Shown here: one piece after another, positions 1 to 8,798 of the stretch
Numbering within the stretch: the first letter of the stretch is position 1
How the letters are laid out: each line of letters begins with the position of its first letter
Origin: Myxococcales bacterium
Lineage (GTDB): Bacteria > Myxococcota_A > UBA9160 > SMWR01
Length of the DNA: 52,943 nt
NCBI GenBank assembly: GCA_029881215.1
Contig: JAOUNA010000002.1
Location: 1-52,943, forward strand
Direction of reading: 5' to 3'
Program-made: the position numbers and the translations under genes
The notes under the pieces: model-generated
Told to the model about the DNA's origin: nothing
Databases searched by the model: none
The model's input: only the letters and a program-made list of their open reading frames with translations

Positions 1-1
1 T

Positions 2-1105
2 GCCGCGGGGCGGGAATGCCCGATTTTCACGGACGGGGCGCTCGCGACGGTCTACCGCGTGTCCGGCGGTGTACCGCGGCTGATCAATCTCCTCTGCGAG
101 CGGGCCCTGCTGGCGGCGTACGCGGATAACGCCCGTCAGGTGAATCGCGCGCTGGTGCGCGTGGTCGCGAAGGAGGTCTGGCCGCCGCGGCGCCCCCGGA
201 CGCGCCGCGCGCTGCGGCGCGCGAGCTGGGCGGCGCTGGCCGTCGTGATCACGGCGCTCGGTTTCGCCGCCGGGCTGCATCTGGGCACGACGACCGAGAC
301 CGGCGAGGCGCGGGCGAGCGCGGGGCGCGGGGCGACGCCGCCGGCCGTCGCGAGCGCCCCGCCGCGCGTTTCGGCGCCCCCGTCTCCCGCGATGCCGCCG
401 ACGACCGCGGAGCCCAGCGCGACGACGGACGACACGTCCGCTGCGGGCGACAGACGCGTGCTCGACGATCTCCTGCCGCTGAATACGAGCGATCGCGCGA
501 ACGCGGCCGCGCTGACGGCTGCGCTCGACGCCTGGCGAATGCCCGCCGCGCAGGTCGCGCCATTCGAGGTGGACGCGCTGCCGGATGCACTCGCAGCACA
601 CGATCTCCGCATGCTGCGCGTTCCGGAAAGCGACTTCGACGCGCTGCAACGCCTGGATCTTCCGGCCATCGTGTGGCTGAGCGCCGCGGCGAGCGAACCG
701 CGCGCAGTCCTGGTTCGCCGCATCGAGCGGGACACGGCGTTTCTGCGCGGCGTGCTGCCGGGCGAGACGGTGCGCATCCACCTGGACGAGCTTCTCGAGC
801 GTTGGACCGGAGACGCGATCGTGCCGTGGCGCGACTACGCCGGGCTGCCGGATCTCGTCGCCTTCGGCGATTCCGGACCCCACGTCACCTGGCTGCAGGA
901 GGTGCTCACCCGCACTGGATACTTCGTCGGGCTGCCGCGTGGCGGCTTCGACGAAGGGACGCGCATGGCCGTGCGCGCCTTCCAGCTCGCCAGTGAGATC
1001 CCGGCGGACGGACAGGTGGGTCCGCTGACCAAGATCCGCATCTATCAGACGCTCGGAGAGCACGCCGCACCTGCCCTGCTCGCGGATTCCGATCCGTCGG
1101 GCTGA
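2..1105 (+). CDS. exeA: ExeA/GspA-like AAA ATPase, C-terminal part (5'-truncated by window edge), with TM helix, Pro/Ala-rich linker and C-terminal peptidoglycan-binding domain
   Basis: Frame is open from base 2 (AAGRECPIFTDGALATVYRVSGGVPRLINLLCERALLAAY, typical ExeA AAA lid motif). Followed by hydrophobic segment WAALAVVITALGFAAG and C-terminal PG-binding motif GDSGPHVTWLQ...FDEGTRMAVRAFQ...DGQVGPLT. Confidence 0.75.
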   Translation, partial: AAGRECPIFTDGALATVYRVSGGVPRLINLLCERALLAAYADNARQVNRALVRVVAKEVWPPRRPRTRRALRRASWAALAVVITALGFAAGLHLGTTTETGEARASAGRGATPPAVASAPPRVSAPPSPAMPPTTAEPSATTDDTSAAGDRRVLDDLLPLNTSDRANAAALTAALDAWRMPAAQVAPFEVDALPDALAAHDLRMLRVPESDFDALQRLDLPAIVWLSAAASEPRAVLVRRIERDTAFLRGVLPGETVRIHLDELLERWTGDAIVPWRDYAGLPDLVAFGDSGPHVTWLQEVLTRTGYFVGLPRGGFDEGTRMAVRAFQLASEIPADGQVGPLTKIRIYQTLGEHAAPALLADSDPSG

Positions 1106-1181
1106 CGCGGGCCGGTGCGCAGCGTCCGCCGCGCGCCGCGACAGGGCCGTCCGGCAGCCGGGACCCTATAGTGAGACTGCC

Positions 1182-2168
1182 ATGAAGCTTCCGCTGTACA
1201 AGATTCTGCGCGGCCTGCTTCCGTGGATCATCTCTGGCTGCCTGCTCGCGTATGTGTTCGGCTGGGCAACCGATTGGCAACGCCTGCGGCAGGCCACGGA
1301 GCAGGCGAATCTCCCGCTCTTCGTTCTGTTCGTGACGGCGGATCGCCTGGCCTTCTTCGTGATCTGGACGTGGCTCTGGGCCGCAGCCCTGCGGCGCCTG
1401 GTGGCCAACGTGCCGCTGCGCTCCGTCTTCGCCATTCGAGGCGGCTCGGAGCTGGCGCGCGTGGTCAGCAGCCCGGTCTCCGACGCAGCCTTCTTCCTGG
1501 GCCTGGTCCAGCTCGCCGGCGGGCGCATCGAGGCCGTCGCGGCCGCGGCACTCGTCCCGGCGATCGCACACTTCGCCGTCATGCTGGTCCAGATGACGAT
1601 CGCCGCGCCCTTTCTCGAGGGTGGCGTCGCCGCGAATCCAGGCCTGGCGAGCGCGCTCGCCGTCCTGTGGACGCTCTTGATCGCGTGCGCGATCGCCGTG
1701 TGGCTGTTCCGGACCGAGCGGCTGAAGTTTCGCGCGGCCGCTCGCGTCGCAGCTTGGATCGATCGCTTCCCGCCGCGCGAGCTGGCGATCTTCTTCTGGG
1801 GCTTCGCGGCGTTGGCACTGTTCGACGTGCAGATCCAGTGGCTCGCATCGCACGCCTTCGGCGTCCCGATCGACTGGACGGCCCTCGCAGCGCGCATCCC
1901 GATCGTCTATCTGCTCTTTACGATCCCGACCCTGGGCAATTTCGGCACACGCGAGCTGGCGTGGGCCGGCTTGTTCGCCGAGTTCGGCGCGCGCGACGCC
2001 CTCATCGCCTACGCCTTTGCCGTGAATGCCCTGTTCATGGTGCTGAACCTGGCGATCGGCATCGTCTTCCTGCCGCGCGCGGTGGAATTGATTGCCGCGC
2101 TGCGCCGGGCACGGCGCGAGGGTGAGCGCGTTCCGCGGCCACTCCTGCACGACCCCACCGATCATTGA
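1182..2168 (+). CDS. Lysylphosphatidylglycerol-synthase TM-domain (UPF0104, flippase-like) integral membrane protein
   Basis: 328 aa with about 8 hydrophobic segments; N-terminal pattern LPWIISGCLLAYVF..TDWQRL and C-terminal TIPTLGNFGTRELAW..LF match the family pattern PxxxGxxGxRE. Confidence 0.6.
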   Translation: MKLPLYKILRGLLPWIISGCLLAYVFGWATDWQRLRQATEQANLPLFVLFVTADRLAFFVIWTWLWAAALRRLVANVPLRSVFAIRGGSELARVVSSPVSDAAFFLGLVQLAGGRIEAVAAAALVPAIAHFAVMLVQMTIAAPFLEGGVAANPGLASALAVLWTLLIACAIAVWLFRTERLKFRAAARVAAWIDRFPPRELAIFFWGFAALALFDVQIQWLASHAFGVPIDWTALAARIPIVYLLFTIPTLGNFGTRELAWAGLFAEFGARDALIAYAFAVNALFMVLNLAIGIVFLPRAVELIAALRRARREGERVPRPLLHDPTDH

Positions 2169-2309
2169 GTGCAGCGCGGCGCACAGCGCGCCGGGCCGGC
2201 TGGGGCCGGCAGGTGACCGCGCGGGGAAGCCGATGTAGGATCACGGGTCGGGCGGCGAGGCAGAAGTTGGGGGCGCGGGTGCCGAGCCCGACGAATCGCG
2301 AGAGCAAGC

Positions 2310-2507
2310 ATGGCCAGAAAGAGCAGAACGGCGGTTCTCAAGCGCCAGCGAGAGGCGCGAAAGGCGGAGAAGGCGGCCGCCAAGCGAGAGAAGCGCGAGC
2401 TGCGCGAATCGGACGCTTCGGGCGAGACGCAGGTGGCGACGGAAGAAGACCTGGCCGGCTACGGGTTCCCGATCGAAGAAGACGAGCCCAAGCGCAGAGG
2501 CTCCTGA
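2310..2507 (+). CDS. Small hypothetical protein (65 aa), basic helical N-terminus and acidic C-terminus
   Basis: ATG preceded by GAGAG; GC3-rich codon use; sits in the gap between two plus-strand genes. Confidence 0.6.
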   Translation: MARKSRTAVLKRQREARKAEKAAAKREKRELRESDASGETQVATEEDLAGYGFPIEEDEPKRRGS

Positions 2508-2604
2508 GTCCCCCTGCGGCGCAACGCTGCCCGAGAGCCGCGCGCTCCGCCGCTCCGCGCCGCACGACCGCACGCCCCTCGATCGAACACAGGGTGGAGT
2601 TGAA

Positions 2605-3369
2605 TTGGCCGAAGAACCGCTGATCGCCGTCTTCGTGGACTACGAGAACCTCGCCATCGGCGTGCGCCGCATGCGCAAGGGCAAGTTCAAGATCGACCTG
2701 GTCTTGCGACGCCTGCTCGAGAAGGGGCGCATCGTCTACAAACGCGCGTATTGCGATTGGAGCAACTACCGCGATGCAGTCCGCGAGTTCCACGCGCAGG
2801 GCATCGAGCTGATCGACATCCCGCAGTCGAAGGCGAGCGGAAAGAACAGCGCCGACATCCACATGGTCGTCGACGCAATCGATCTCTCCTATCAGAAGGA
2901 GCACATCGACACCTTCGCCCTGATCTCGGGGGACAGCGATTTCTCGCCGCTGGCGAGCAAGCTCAAGGAGAACGACAAGCGCGTGCTCGGCTGCGGTGTG
3001 AAGACATCCACCTCCGATCTGCTGATCGGGAGCTGCGATGAGTTCATCTACTACGACGACCTCATGCGCGAGAGCGCGGCGAAGCCGCGCCCGTCGGCCA
3101 AGTTGAAGGCGGAGCCGGAGGAGCAGAAGCGTCAGGACGCCGCGGAGAAGGTCGTCGAGATCGTGCGCTCGCTCGAACGCGACTACGACACGGTCTGGGG
3201 CTCGATGGTCAAGCAGGCGATTCGACGCGTCTACCCGGGATTCAACGAGGTCTATTACGGCCACGACTCCTTCGCCGACCTGCTGTCGAGCGTGGAGAAG
3301 GACGGACACATCGAGCTGGAATTCGACGAGCGCCGCGGCAACTACGTCGTGCGCACGCGGCGCCGCTGA
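2605..3369 (+). CDS. NYN-domain (LabA/DUF88, PIN-like) protein with C-terminal OST-HTH/LOTUS domain
   Basis: VFVDYEN, GKNSADIHMVVD and LISGDSDF NYN motifs; C-terminal GSMVKQAIRRVYPGFNEVYYGHDSFADLL LOTUS-like motif; TTG start after GGAG. Confidence 0.9.
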   Translation: MAEEPLIAVFVDYENLAIGVRRMRKGKFKIDLVLRRLLEKGRIVYKRAYCDWSNYRDAVREFHAQGIELIDIPQSKASGKNSADIHMVVDAIDLSYQKEHIDTFALISGDSDFSPLASKLKENDKRVLGCGVKTSTSDLLIGSCDEFIYYDDLMRESAAKPRPSAKLKAEPEEQKRQDAAEKVVEIVRSLERDYDTVWGSMVKQAIRRVYPGFNEVYYGHDSFADLLSSVEKDGHIELEFDERRGNYVVRTRRR

Positions 3370-3385
3370 GGGGTCCGAGGCCGCT

Positions 3386-4534
3386 TCAGCCGAGCCCGAG
3401 CCTGCGCGCGATGATGATCTTCATGATCTCGTTCGACCCGGCGTAGATCGGCTGCACGGCCGCGTCCGCGTAATCGCCGGCGATCGGGGTCTCGGACATG
3501 AAGCCGTAGCCGCCGTGCAGCTGCAGGCATTCTCCGGTGAGTCGCTTCTGCAGATCGGTCGTCCAGTACTTCGCCATGCTGACCTCGGCGACGATCTCGT
3601 CGCCGCGCACGTGCGCGGCGAGCAGCTTGTCGACGAATGCCTGACCGATCTCGACCTCCGACGCGAGCTCGGCAAGCACGAATTGGGTGTTCTGGAAGGC
3701 CGCGATGGGCCTGCCGAAGGCCCGGCGCTCCACGACGTACGCGATCGTGTCCTCGAGCGCGCGCCGCGACGACGCGACGGAGCCCACCGCGATGCAGAGT
3801 CGCTCCTGCTGCAGCTGCGCCATGAGCATCGCGAATCCGCCCCCCTCCGCACCGAGCAGGTTCTCCGCCGGCACGCGACAGTCGCGGAAGAAGAGCTCGC
3901 TCGTATCCTGTCCCTTGAGTCCGAGCTTCTCGAGATTGCGGCCGCGCTCGAAGCCCGGCGTGTCGGCGTCGACGAGGAAGAGGCTCATGCCGGCGTGGGG
4001 AGGATCGGCCGCGGGATCCGTCTTGGCCACGACGATGACGAGATCGCAGATCTGACCGTTCGAGATGAAGGTCTTGGAGCCGTTCAGCACATAGTGATCG
4101 CCGTCGCGCACCGCGCGCGTCTGGATTCCGGCAAGATCGGAGCCCGCTGCGGGCTCGGTCATGGCGATGGCGAGCAGGATCTCCCCCGCGATCGCGCCCG
4201 GGAGGTAGCGCGCCTGCTGCGCGGGGCTGCCGTAGGCCACCAGATAGGGCATGCAGATGTCCGCGTGCAGGGACACCATGAGCGCGTGCGCCCGGATGCG
4301 GGCCAGCTCCTCGATGACGATTGCGTCGAAGAGGAAATCCCCTCCCGCGCCCCCGTATGCCTCCGGCGCGCTGGCGCCCAGATAGCCGGCCGCACCGAGT
4401 CGGCGCCAGCTGTCGCGATCGGTGCAGCCCGCCCGGTTCCACTCCGCCACCCGGGGTGCAACCTCGGCCTCGGCGAAGCGGCGGAACTCGTTCCGGAAGA
4501 GCTCGTGCTCCTCTGCGAAGACGTCTCGCCGCAT
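3386..4534 (-). CDS. Acyl-CoA dehydrogenase (long-chain specific type)
   Basis: Start reassigned to MRRDVFAEEH (ATG at 4534). Motifs IAMTEPAAGSDL, LNGSKTFISNG, QDTSELFF, QERL, QLHGGYGFM and IYAGSNEIMK. Confidence 0.92.
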   Translation of the reverse strand: MRRDVFAEEHELFRNEFRRFAEAEVAPRVAEWNRAGCTDRDSWRRLGAAGYLGASAPEAYGGAGGDFLFDAIVIEELARIRAHALMVSLHADICMPYLVAYGSPAQQARYLPGAIAGEILLAIAMTEPAAGSDLAGIQTRAVRDGDHYVLNGSKTFISNGQICDLVIVVAKTDPAADPPHAGMSLFLVDADTPGFERGRNLEKLGLKGQDTSELFFRDCRVPAENLLGAEGGGFAMLMAQLQQERLCIAVGSVASSRRALEDTIAYVVERRAFGRPIAAFQNTQFVLAELASEVEIGQAFVDKLLAAHVRGDEIVAEVSMAKYWTTDLQKRLTGECLQLHGGYGFMSETPIAGDYADAAVQPIYAGSNEIMKIIIARRLGLG

Positions 4535-4583
4535 TCCCTCGATTCTCCTCTCGGGCGCCGCGCCCCCGATTCGATCCGCCGCG

Positions 4584-6899
4584 CTAGAGATGCCTCCAGA
4601 TGCGAATGCCGAGGAAGCTCGCGGCCACAGCAAAGATGAGCGTCGGCCCCCATCCGCCCACGGCGGGCGGCACCGTTCCGCCGTAGCCCAGGGATACACC
4701 CACGGCGGTCACCATGATGTAGGCCACGCCCAGGATTCCGCTCACCAGCAGGGTCTGGGCCGGACCCGGGAAGGGCGGGCCGCCCACTGCGAAGAACAGC
4801 ACGCAAACCGGGAGCACCAGACACGCCAACGCGTCGGCGAGCTTGACGTGAAAATCGACGCGCAAGGCGGTGGCATCGTAGCCGGCGGCTTCCACCTCGG
4901 CGATCTCCTCGGCGAGCTGCCCGACGCTCAGGTGCATGGTGTCCAGGTCCGCCGGCAGCGCCTCTCCGAGATTGGCGTAGGGAAGCGCGGCCACCTCCTG
5001 CGCGCGCCCCTCGCGGATCTCGACGCGGTGCGGCTCCCAGAGGCGCCAGATGCCGCGGCCGACGTGGCGCGCCGCGCGCGCATCCGAGCGGCTGATCGGA
5101 AGGCCGTTCTCCCCGATCTCGTAGATCGTGAGATTCCGCGCGTCGCCGTAATCGGGATCGAAGCGCGCGGCTTCGAGAACGCGATTTCCCGAGCGGCGCC
5201 ACACTTCCATCTTCGCCTGCTCCGAAAATCTCTGGTAGAAGTCCGCCTTGATCTCGGTCTGCTTGAGCTCGTCGGCCAACGCGTTCGCGCGCGGCACGAC
5301 CACGTTGCGCAGCACGAAATAGGCGGGCGCGACCAGCATGCTGAGCACCAGGACGGGCAGCAGCGCCCGGGGCGCGGAGATGCCGCAGGCGCGCATTCCG
5401 ATCAGCTCGCCCTCGACCGCCAGCAGACTCACCAGCAGCGCCGTGCCGACCAGCAGTGCCATGGGAACGACGCGCGATGCGAGCAGCGGAAGTCGCGCCG
5501 CATAGAAGCGCGCCACCTGGCCGCCCGATGCGTGGAAGCGCGCGAACCAGTCGAGGCGCTCCATCACGTCGATCAGCAGATACGCCACGAGCAGAACGCC
5601 GAACGCGAGGGCAACCAGCTGCAGCGCCCGCTCGGTGATGTAGATCGTGAGCGCGTAGGGCCGCGGCCTGCCGGCGGCGTGCGCGCTGAACAAGGTGAGG
5701 CGCCGCGTGGGCAGTTGGGGTCGGTCGAAGGCGAGACCGAGCACCTCGGCACGGCGCGCGCGCAGCAGCAGCAGGCCCGCCAGCAGCGCCAGCACTCCGT
5801 TGGGGAGCCAGACACCCGCGGCTACACCGACGACCTCGGCCTGAATCAGTCCTTCCCCGAACTGGACGAGCACGAAGTAGGCGAGCGTCGTCACGATCCC
5901 GAGCACGCTGCCACCGGCGCGAGAGAAGTGGCGGCGCATCAGGAACAGCGGCACCGCCAGAAGACCGAAGAGCAGGGTCGCGGCGGGCGTGGAGAATCGG
6001 CGCTGCAGCTCGATCGCGGCGCGCGGCAGCGGTTCCGCCTCGCTGGGAACGAAGGCTTCGGCGGCAGCGGCGAGCTCCTCGAGCGTGAGGCTCTGCAGCT
6101 GTTTTTCGGCGCTGCGCGCGATGGGCTGGTCGCCCGCGGGCAGCGCGGTCGTCATCGACTCGAAGCGCAGCAGGTGCGCACCCTCGCGCGGCGAGAGCAG
6201 CAAGGCGCCGTTCTCGAGCGTGATCTCCACGCCGCCATCCGGCGTGCCGATCACGAGACCGCTGCGCGCGAAGATCGTCTCGGCGATTCCGGGAGACCAG
6301 ACCAGCACCCCGCGCAGGTCGTCTCCCCGGGCCGAGACTTCGCGCGCCTCGATCTGCCAGTCCCCGAAACGACTGACGGCAGCGGGCCGGAAGTTCACCA
6401 GCGGCTTCTGACGCCCGATGCTCTCCAGGGTCGCATCGAGCGTGCGGCTCGCGAAGGGCGCGCCCCACAGCGACAGCGCCAGGGAGACCAGACCGAGCGT
6501 CGCAGCCAGACTCGCGATGGGCCCGATGAGCCGGGGCGCAGACACACCGGAGGCCTCGAGCGCCAGGATCTCGCGATCGGCACCGAGTCGACCGAGCGCC
6601 ACCATCGCACCGATCAGCACCGCGAACGGGTAGATCTCCGCGGCAACCGGCAAGGCCTCGTAGAAGGCGACGAGCGCGACCTGGCCGGCGGCGATGCCCC
6701 GATTCAGGATCAGCTGCGAGAACACCACGAGATCGCGCGTGAGGACGATCAACGTGAGGCCGACGAGCCCGAACAGGAACGGACCCAGCGCTTCGCGCGC
6801 CACATACCAGTAGAGGGTGGGCCCGGGGTGACGTCGCCACGGAAGCGAGCGACCGGCGAGCGCGTATTCACCGGACGGCGACAACGCGAGGCGATCCAT
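4584..6899 (-). CDS. Fused LptF-LptG type ABC permease (two tandem YjgP/YjgQ modules in one polypeptide)
   Basis: 771 aa with two repeats of the LptF/G architecture: TLYWYVARE...REILALEASGVS...ELQRRFS...WLPN, then TIYITERAL...GELIGMRACGIS...DFHVKLA...GWGPTLIF. RBS GGAGGA lies before the ATG. Confidence 0.85.
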   Translation of the reverse strand: MDRLALSPSGEYALAGRSLPWRRHPGPTLYWYVAREALGPFLFGLVGLTLIVLTRDLVVFSQLILNRGIAAGQVALVAFYEALPVAAEIYPFAVLIGAMVALGRLGADREILALEASGVSAPRLIGPIASLAATLGLVSLALSLWGAPFASRTLDATLESIGRQKPLVNFRPAAVSRFGDWQIEAREVSARGDDLRGVLVWSPGIAETIFARSGLVIGTPDGGVEITLENGALLLSPREGAHLLRFESMTTALPAGDQPIARSAEKQLQSLTLEELAAAAEAFVPSEAEPLPRAAIELQRRFSTPAATLLFGLLAVPLFLMRRHFSRAGGSVLGIVTTLAYFVLVQFGEGLIQAEVVGVAAGVWLPNGVLALLAGLLLLRARRAEVLGLAFDRPQLPTRRLTLFSAHAAGRPRPYALTIYITERALQLVALAFGVLLVAYLLIDVMERLDWFARFHASGGQVARFYAARLPLLASRVVPMALLVGTALLVSLLAVEGELIGMRACGISAPRALLPVLVLSMLVAPAYFVLRNVVVPRANALADELKQTEIKADFYQRFSEQAKMEVWRRSGNRVLEAARFDPDYGDARNLTIYEIGENGLPISRSDARAARHVGRGIWRLWEPHRVEIREGRAQEVAALPYANLGEALPADLDTMHLSVGQLAEEIAEVEAAGYDATALRVDFHVKLADALACLVLPVCVLFFAVGGPPFPGPAQTLLVSGILGVAYIMVTAVGVSLGYGGTVPPAVGGWGPTLIFAVAASFLGIRIWRHL

Positions 6900-6948
6900 G
6901 TTCCTCCCCGTGGGGCCGGCGATGTCGCGCCGGAGTCCGATGGGTCGG

Positions 6949-6977
6949 TTGACAAGGAGGCGGGACCCGCGCAGTCT
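6949..6977 (+). promoter_or_regulatory. Candidate sigma70-type promoter for the NTP-transferase/kdsA operon
   Basis: Perfect TTGACA (6949-6954), 17-bp spacer, weak -10 CAGTCT, in the divergent intergenic region 6900-7100. Confidence 0.35.
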
Positions 6978-7100
6978 TGCCGCTTCCCCCTCATGACGAC
7001 GGAATGAATCCTAGAGCGCCGGTGCGCCTCCAAGCAACGGCACCGCGCTCGCGCCGGCCGCACCCTCCACGCGCCGCGACCGAATTCATCGGGATACCTC

Positions 7101-7841
7101 ATGAAAGCCATCATCCTGAGCGCGGGCCAGGGTCGCCGCCTGCTTCCGATGACCGCCGAGCGGCCGAAGTGCCTGCTGCCGGTGGACGGCGATCAGTCGA
7201 TGCTGTCGATGCAGCTCGGTGCGCTCGCGCGCTGCGGCATCGAGCGCGCGAGCGTCGTCGTGGGCTTCGGAGCCGCCGCCGTCGAGGCGCAGCTGGCGGA
7301 GCGCCCGGTCCCCGGCCTGGCGGTGGAGACGCTCTTCAATCCCTTCTTCGCCTCCAGCGACAACCTCGTCAGCTGCTGGCTCGCCCGGAGCCTGATGCAC
7401 GACGACTTCCTGCTGCTCAACGGCGACACGCTCTTCGAAGACGCCGTGCTCGAGCGCCTGCTCGAGGCGCCGCCCGCACCGATCGCGGTGACGATCGATC
7501 GCAAGACGGCGTACGACGACGACGACATGAAGGTCGGCCTGGATGCAAACGGGCGCCTGCTCGCCATCGGAAAGGATCTGCCCGCGCCCACGGTGGGAGC
7601 GGAGTCGATCGGGCTCATCGCGTTCCGGGAGTCGGGAGCCAAGATCTTCGCGGACGAACTCGGTCGCGTGATCCGCGCGCCGGCGGCCCTGCGCCGCTGG
7701 TATCTCTCCGTCGTAAACGAGCTCGCGCAGCACAATGCCGTGGAGACCGTCTGCATTCAGGGTCTCTGGTGGTGCGAAATCGACTCCCCGGATGATCTGG
7801 CTCGCGCGCGAGCCGATTGTGAGGCGCGAAGCCGCGCGTAA
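7101..7841 (+). CDS. Phosphocholine-cytidylyltransferase (LicC/IPCT)-like NTP transferase; candidate CpgD-like head-group cytidylyltransferase
   Basis: MKAIILSAGQGRRLLPMTAERPKCLL, LFNPFFASSDNLVSCW, LLLNGDTLF, DDDDMKV, AESIGL and WCEIDSPDDL motifs. Confidence 0.85.
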   Translation: MKAIILSAGQGRRLLPMTAERPKCLLPVDGDQSMLSMQLGALARCGIERASVVVGFGAAAVEAQLAERPVPGLAVETLFNPFFASSDNLVSCWLARSLMHDDFLLLNGDTLFEDAVLERLLEAPPAPIAVTIDRKTAYDDDDMKVGLDANGRLLAIGKDLPAPTVGAESIGLIAFRESGAKIFADELGRVIRAPAALRRWYLSVVNELAQHNAVETVCIQGLWWCEIDSPDDLARARADCEARSRA

Positions 7842-7981
7842 CATCGCCCCCCCGGGCCCACACCGGGGCTCCCGGGAGGCACTCCGAGGCTGAACGGCTC
7901 GGTTTCGGTGCGCCGGGAGTAGTCAACCGCCCCGGTTCTCGCTATTCACCCCCCGAGGACGGGTGGGAGGCCCAGAATCCC

Positions 7982-8797
7982 ATGCAGATCCGCGACATCC
8001 CGCTTGGACACGGCGCGCCCCTCGTCCTGATCTCCGGGCTGAACGTGCTCGAGTCGCTCGAAGGTGCTCTCGCCTGCGCCGCGTCGGTTCAGGCGATTGC
8101 CGAGCGCCATGGCCTGCCCGCAATCTTCAAGGCGTCCTTCGACAAGGCGAACCGATCGAGCCACAGCAGCTTCCGGGGACCCGGTCTCGACGAAGGCCTG
8201 CGCATGCTCCAGCGGGTCAAGGCCGAGACGGGTCTGCCCATCACCACCGACGTACACGAGCCGGGCCAGGCGAAGATCGTCGCCGAGGTGGCGGATCTCC
8301 TGCAGATCCCGTCCTTCCTCTCGCGACAGACCGATCTGGTCGCCGCCTGCGCGGGGACGGGGCGCCCCCTCAACGTCAAGAAGGGCCAGTTCATGGCACC
8401 GGCGGACGTCGCGCTCGTGGTGGAGAAGGCGGAGCGCTACGGCGCGGGTGGCACGATGGTCACGGAGCGCGGCACGAGCTTCGGCTACAACGACCTCGTC
8501 GTCGACATGCGCAGCCTGGTGACCATGCGGGAGTACGCGCCGGTGTGTCTGGACGCAACGCACGCCGTGCAGAATCCGGGCGGGGGCGTGCGGTCCAGCA
8601 GCGGGGATCGCCGCTTCGTGTCGCCGCTCGCGCGGGCGGGCGTCGCGGTGGGCATCGACGCCCTCTTCGTCGAAACGCACGCCGATCCGGACGCGGCGCC
8701 GTGCGACAGCGCGTGTCAGATCCGCATCGAGGACCTGGACCGCTTGCTCGCCGAGGTCTGCGCGATCCGCGCGGCGGTCGCAGACGCCCGGCCCTGA
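7982..8797 (+). CDS. kdsA: 3-deoxy-D-manno-octulosonate 8-phosphate (Kdo8P) synthase
   Basis: KASFDKANRSS, TTDVHE, LQIPSFLSRQTDL, NVKKGQF, ERGTSFGYNDLVVD and DATHAVQ motifs. Confidence 0.95.
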   Translation: MQIRDIPLGHGAPLVLISGLNVLESLEGALACAASVQAIAERHGLPAIFKASFDKANRSSHSSFRGPGLDEGLRMLQRVKAETGLPITTDVHEPGQAKIVAEVADLLQIPSFLSRQTDLVAACAGTGRPLNVKKGQFMAPADVALVVEKAERYGAGGTMVTERGTSFGYNDLVVDMRSLVTMREYAPVCLDATHAVQNPGGGVRSSSGDRRFVSPLARAGVAVGIDALFVETHADPDAAPCDSACQIRIEDLDRLLAEVCAIRAAVADARP

Positions 8798-8798
8798 C

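Noticed and set aside
2605-3369. NYN nuclease or HelD-like ATPase as an anti-phage defence system
   Set aside because: Both are stand-alone members of common families, with host-like GC content and no defence-island or mobile-element context.
7515-7526. (GAC)4 microsatellite
   Set aside because: Encodes the DDDD stretch before MKV in the NTP transferase.
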